Shown here: positions 61,880-64,000 of the stretch, in pieces
Layout: each line of letters opens with the position of its first letter
Numbering within the stretch: the stretch's first letter is position 1
Assembly (NCBI RefSeq): GCF_902713615.1
Contig: NC_052152.1
Location: forward strand, 28,557,810 to 28,621,809
DNA from: Scyliorhinus canicula
Lineage: Eukaryota
Direction: 5' to 3'
DNA: 64,000 nt
Program-made: the position numbers and the translations under genes
The notes under the pieces: generated by a model
The model's input: the letters and a program-made list of their open reading frames with translations, nothing else
Database searches by the model: none
What the model was told of the DNA's origin: nothing

Positions 61880-62820
61880 GTCATGCACAGGCTATGGGCC
61901 CTGATAATATTCCATCAATAGCCCTAAAGACTTGTACTCCAGAATTTGCTGCACCCCTAGCCAAGCTGTTCCAGTACAGCTACAACACTGATACCTACTT
62001 GGGATGATTGCCCAGATATGTCTTGTACACCAAAAGCAGAACAAATCTAACCCAGCCAATTACTGCCCTATCAGTCTACTCTCAATCATCAGTAAAGTTT
62101 TGGAAGAGGTCATCAACAGTGCTATCAAGCACCACTTACTTAGCAATGACTTGCTCACTGATGTTCAGCTTGGGTTCAGCCAGGGTCCCTCAGCTCCTGA
62201 CCTGATTGCAGCCTTTGTTCAAACATGGACAAAGGAACTGAACTCCATAGGTGAATGTGACTGCCCTTCAAGGCGGCATTTGATCACATTTGGCATCAAG
62301 GAGCGCTAGCTAAACTGGAGTCAATGGAATTGGGGGGGGGGGGGGGGGGGGGGGGGGCGGTTAAACTCTCCATTGATTGGAGTCATACCGAGCACAAAGG
62401 AAGATGGTTGTGGTTGTTGGAGGTCAGTCATCTCAGTCCTTGGGACATCACTGCAGAAGTTCCTCAGTATAGTGGCCTAGGCCCAATCATCTTTTGCTCC
62501 TTCATCAATGACTTTCCTTCCATCATAAGGTCAGAAGTGGGGATGTTTGCGACTCCTCAGACACTGAAACAGTCCATGTTCAAATGCAGCAAGACCTGGA
62601 CAATATCCAGGCTTGGGCTGACAAGTGGCATTTGTGCTAGAACATCCTGGGGGTTTCCATTGACAAGAAACTAAACTGGACTAGCCATATAAATACTGTG
62701 GCTCCAACAAAACTAAAGAAACCTGACACCAACCAGGACAAAACAACCTGCTTGATTGGCACCTCTGCCAAAAGTATTTGCTCTTACCACCACCGCACAG
62801 AGCAGCAGTGTGTACCATCT
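61880..62820 (+). mobile_element. CR1/L2-type RT fragment; related fragments at 54130-54520 and 55690-57050
   Basis: SNPANYCPISLLSIISKVLE..QLGF; VPQ.S.LGP..F..FIND. Confidence 0.8.
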
Positions 62821-62821
62821 A

Positions 62822-63545
62822 CAAAAGTTTTCAAACTTTTTTCCCTGCGATCCACGCTCACTGATCTTTGTGACACACTCCACATTCGCTTACCTTTATG
62901 CCAAGGGAAGCCTGTTTGGTCTCACTATCTCACTTGAATCAGGTTCAAAAGAGGAGAGGACAATGTGCATTTCAGGTGCCGACTTCAGCCAGTTCCTTTG
63001 TGCCGTCTTCATCTTTATGACAGTGAAAAATCCAATCTCGCACATGTATGTCATCGTGAAGGGCAATGGCAACAAAATGTTTGCTTTATTAGCACTGGGT
63101 ACTCCTGGGAGATGGTACTCCAGAATGCTAACAGCCTCATGGGGTTTTGGTGTATTTTTAATGTGGTATCACAGGTCAGGTACAACAGCATAGGCTTTTA
63201 ATTTGGAGTTGGTTGGAAGTTCATAATTCTCGCTGGAGTCTCAACCTCAAAAGGAATTTCTCATTTGCGAGTACTTCCCTGTATTTAACACACATGGGCT
63301 TTGCATCTTTACTTGTATTGACACTATTGACAAAGCCATACCTCAACAAATCATCTTTTATATTGCTTTGTTCCCGAGTCAAGTGTCTTTGTAGGCTGTT
63401 AACCAGAGGTCCTGGAGATCTGTACAATCAGTGCTCTGTCCTGCCCTCAACTCTTCTGAACAGCCCTCTCCAGCAGATTCTGTTGCGATATCTTGTCTAG
63501 TGGGTACACGCCTATTGAGTATCTGGCCACCTCTTATTTTTCAGA
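62822..63545 (-). mobile_element. hAT (Charlie/Buster) transposase relic
   Basis: DDLLRYGF....KPMCVKYREVLANE resembles the BED-finger region of Buster/ZBED5 transposases; TIR-like gttttcaaacttttt at ~62825. Confidence 0.6.
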
Positions 63546-64000
63546 AAACAATCAATTTTCATAGTACTTTTGGCAGAGGCTAGAAAATGGAAGTACCTCT
63601 GCTTCGTATTTTGGTGTCAACAGCAAGTACATGGAGGGCCCGTGACGTAAAATGTACACGCAGGGCATGTGACCTGCTCTCTGCTGTCGCTCCTGGCTGG
63701 AAGACTGCACACAGCCTAATTTCTTTTCATTTAAAAAGCGAAAGCGGGCCCCATTCTCAATTTTAAAAGCCAGGGGTGGTTGTTGGGTGCTTCTCCTGTG
63801 ATGGGTCCACCACGGGAACGGCACGGCCGATCGCGTCCTGACCCACCCACAGTTCACGACCCAGACTTTGAAAACTCTGATCCACAAAATGCACTGCCGG
63901 AACTTACCAAGACTCCTTTACAGCATCTTCAAAATCCACAAGCACGACCAGTAGTCTACTAGGAGAAGAGCAGTAGATACATAAGAACACCACTGCTTGG

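Overview
Eukaryotic, not prokaryotic, DNA from a cartilaginous fish. HE1/V-SINE, Deu-domain SINE and CR1 (HER1-like) repeats point to an elasmobranch, plausibly a catshark. Host genes: the first coding exon and probable promoter of GART (- strand, ~2.2-8.1 kb), the single-exon CDS of DNAJC28 (+, 33785-34891), and a CCAAT/GC-box promoter at ~53.3-53.6 kb (possibly TMEM50B by synteny). Most of the rest is nested transposable elements. These include a full-length L1, an ORF1-only HAL1-like L1, an intact FLYWCH-MULE DNA transposon (9-bp TSD), a young Gypsy provirus, older Gypsy and L2 relics, several solo LTRs, hAT/MULE/Harbinger MITEs and Penelope relics with hammerhead cores. The most unusual items are: (1) a long spumavirus-like solo LTR whose U3 starts with tandem repeats resembling antisense U2 snRNA; (2) the intact invertebrate-type MULE; (3) two solo LTRs flanked by 58-71 bp duplications instead of short TSDs; (4) a Penelope palindrome with a hammerhead core on both strands; (5) a head-to-head GART/DNAJC28 arrangement split by ~25 kb of TEs. 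All homology calls are by eye, without database searches.
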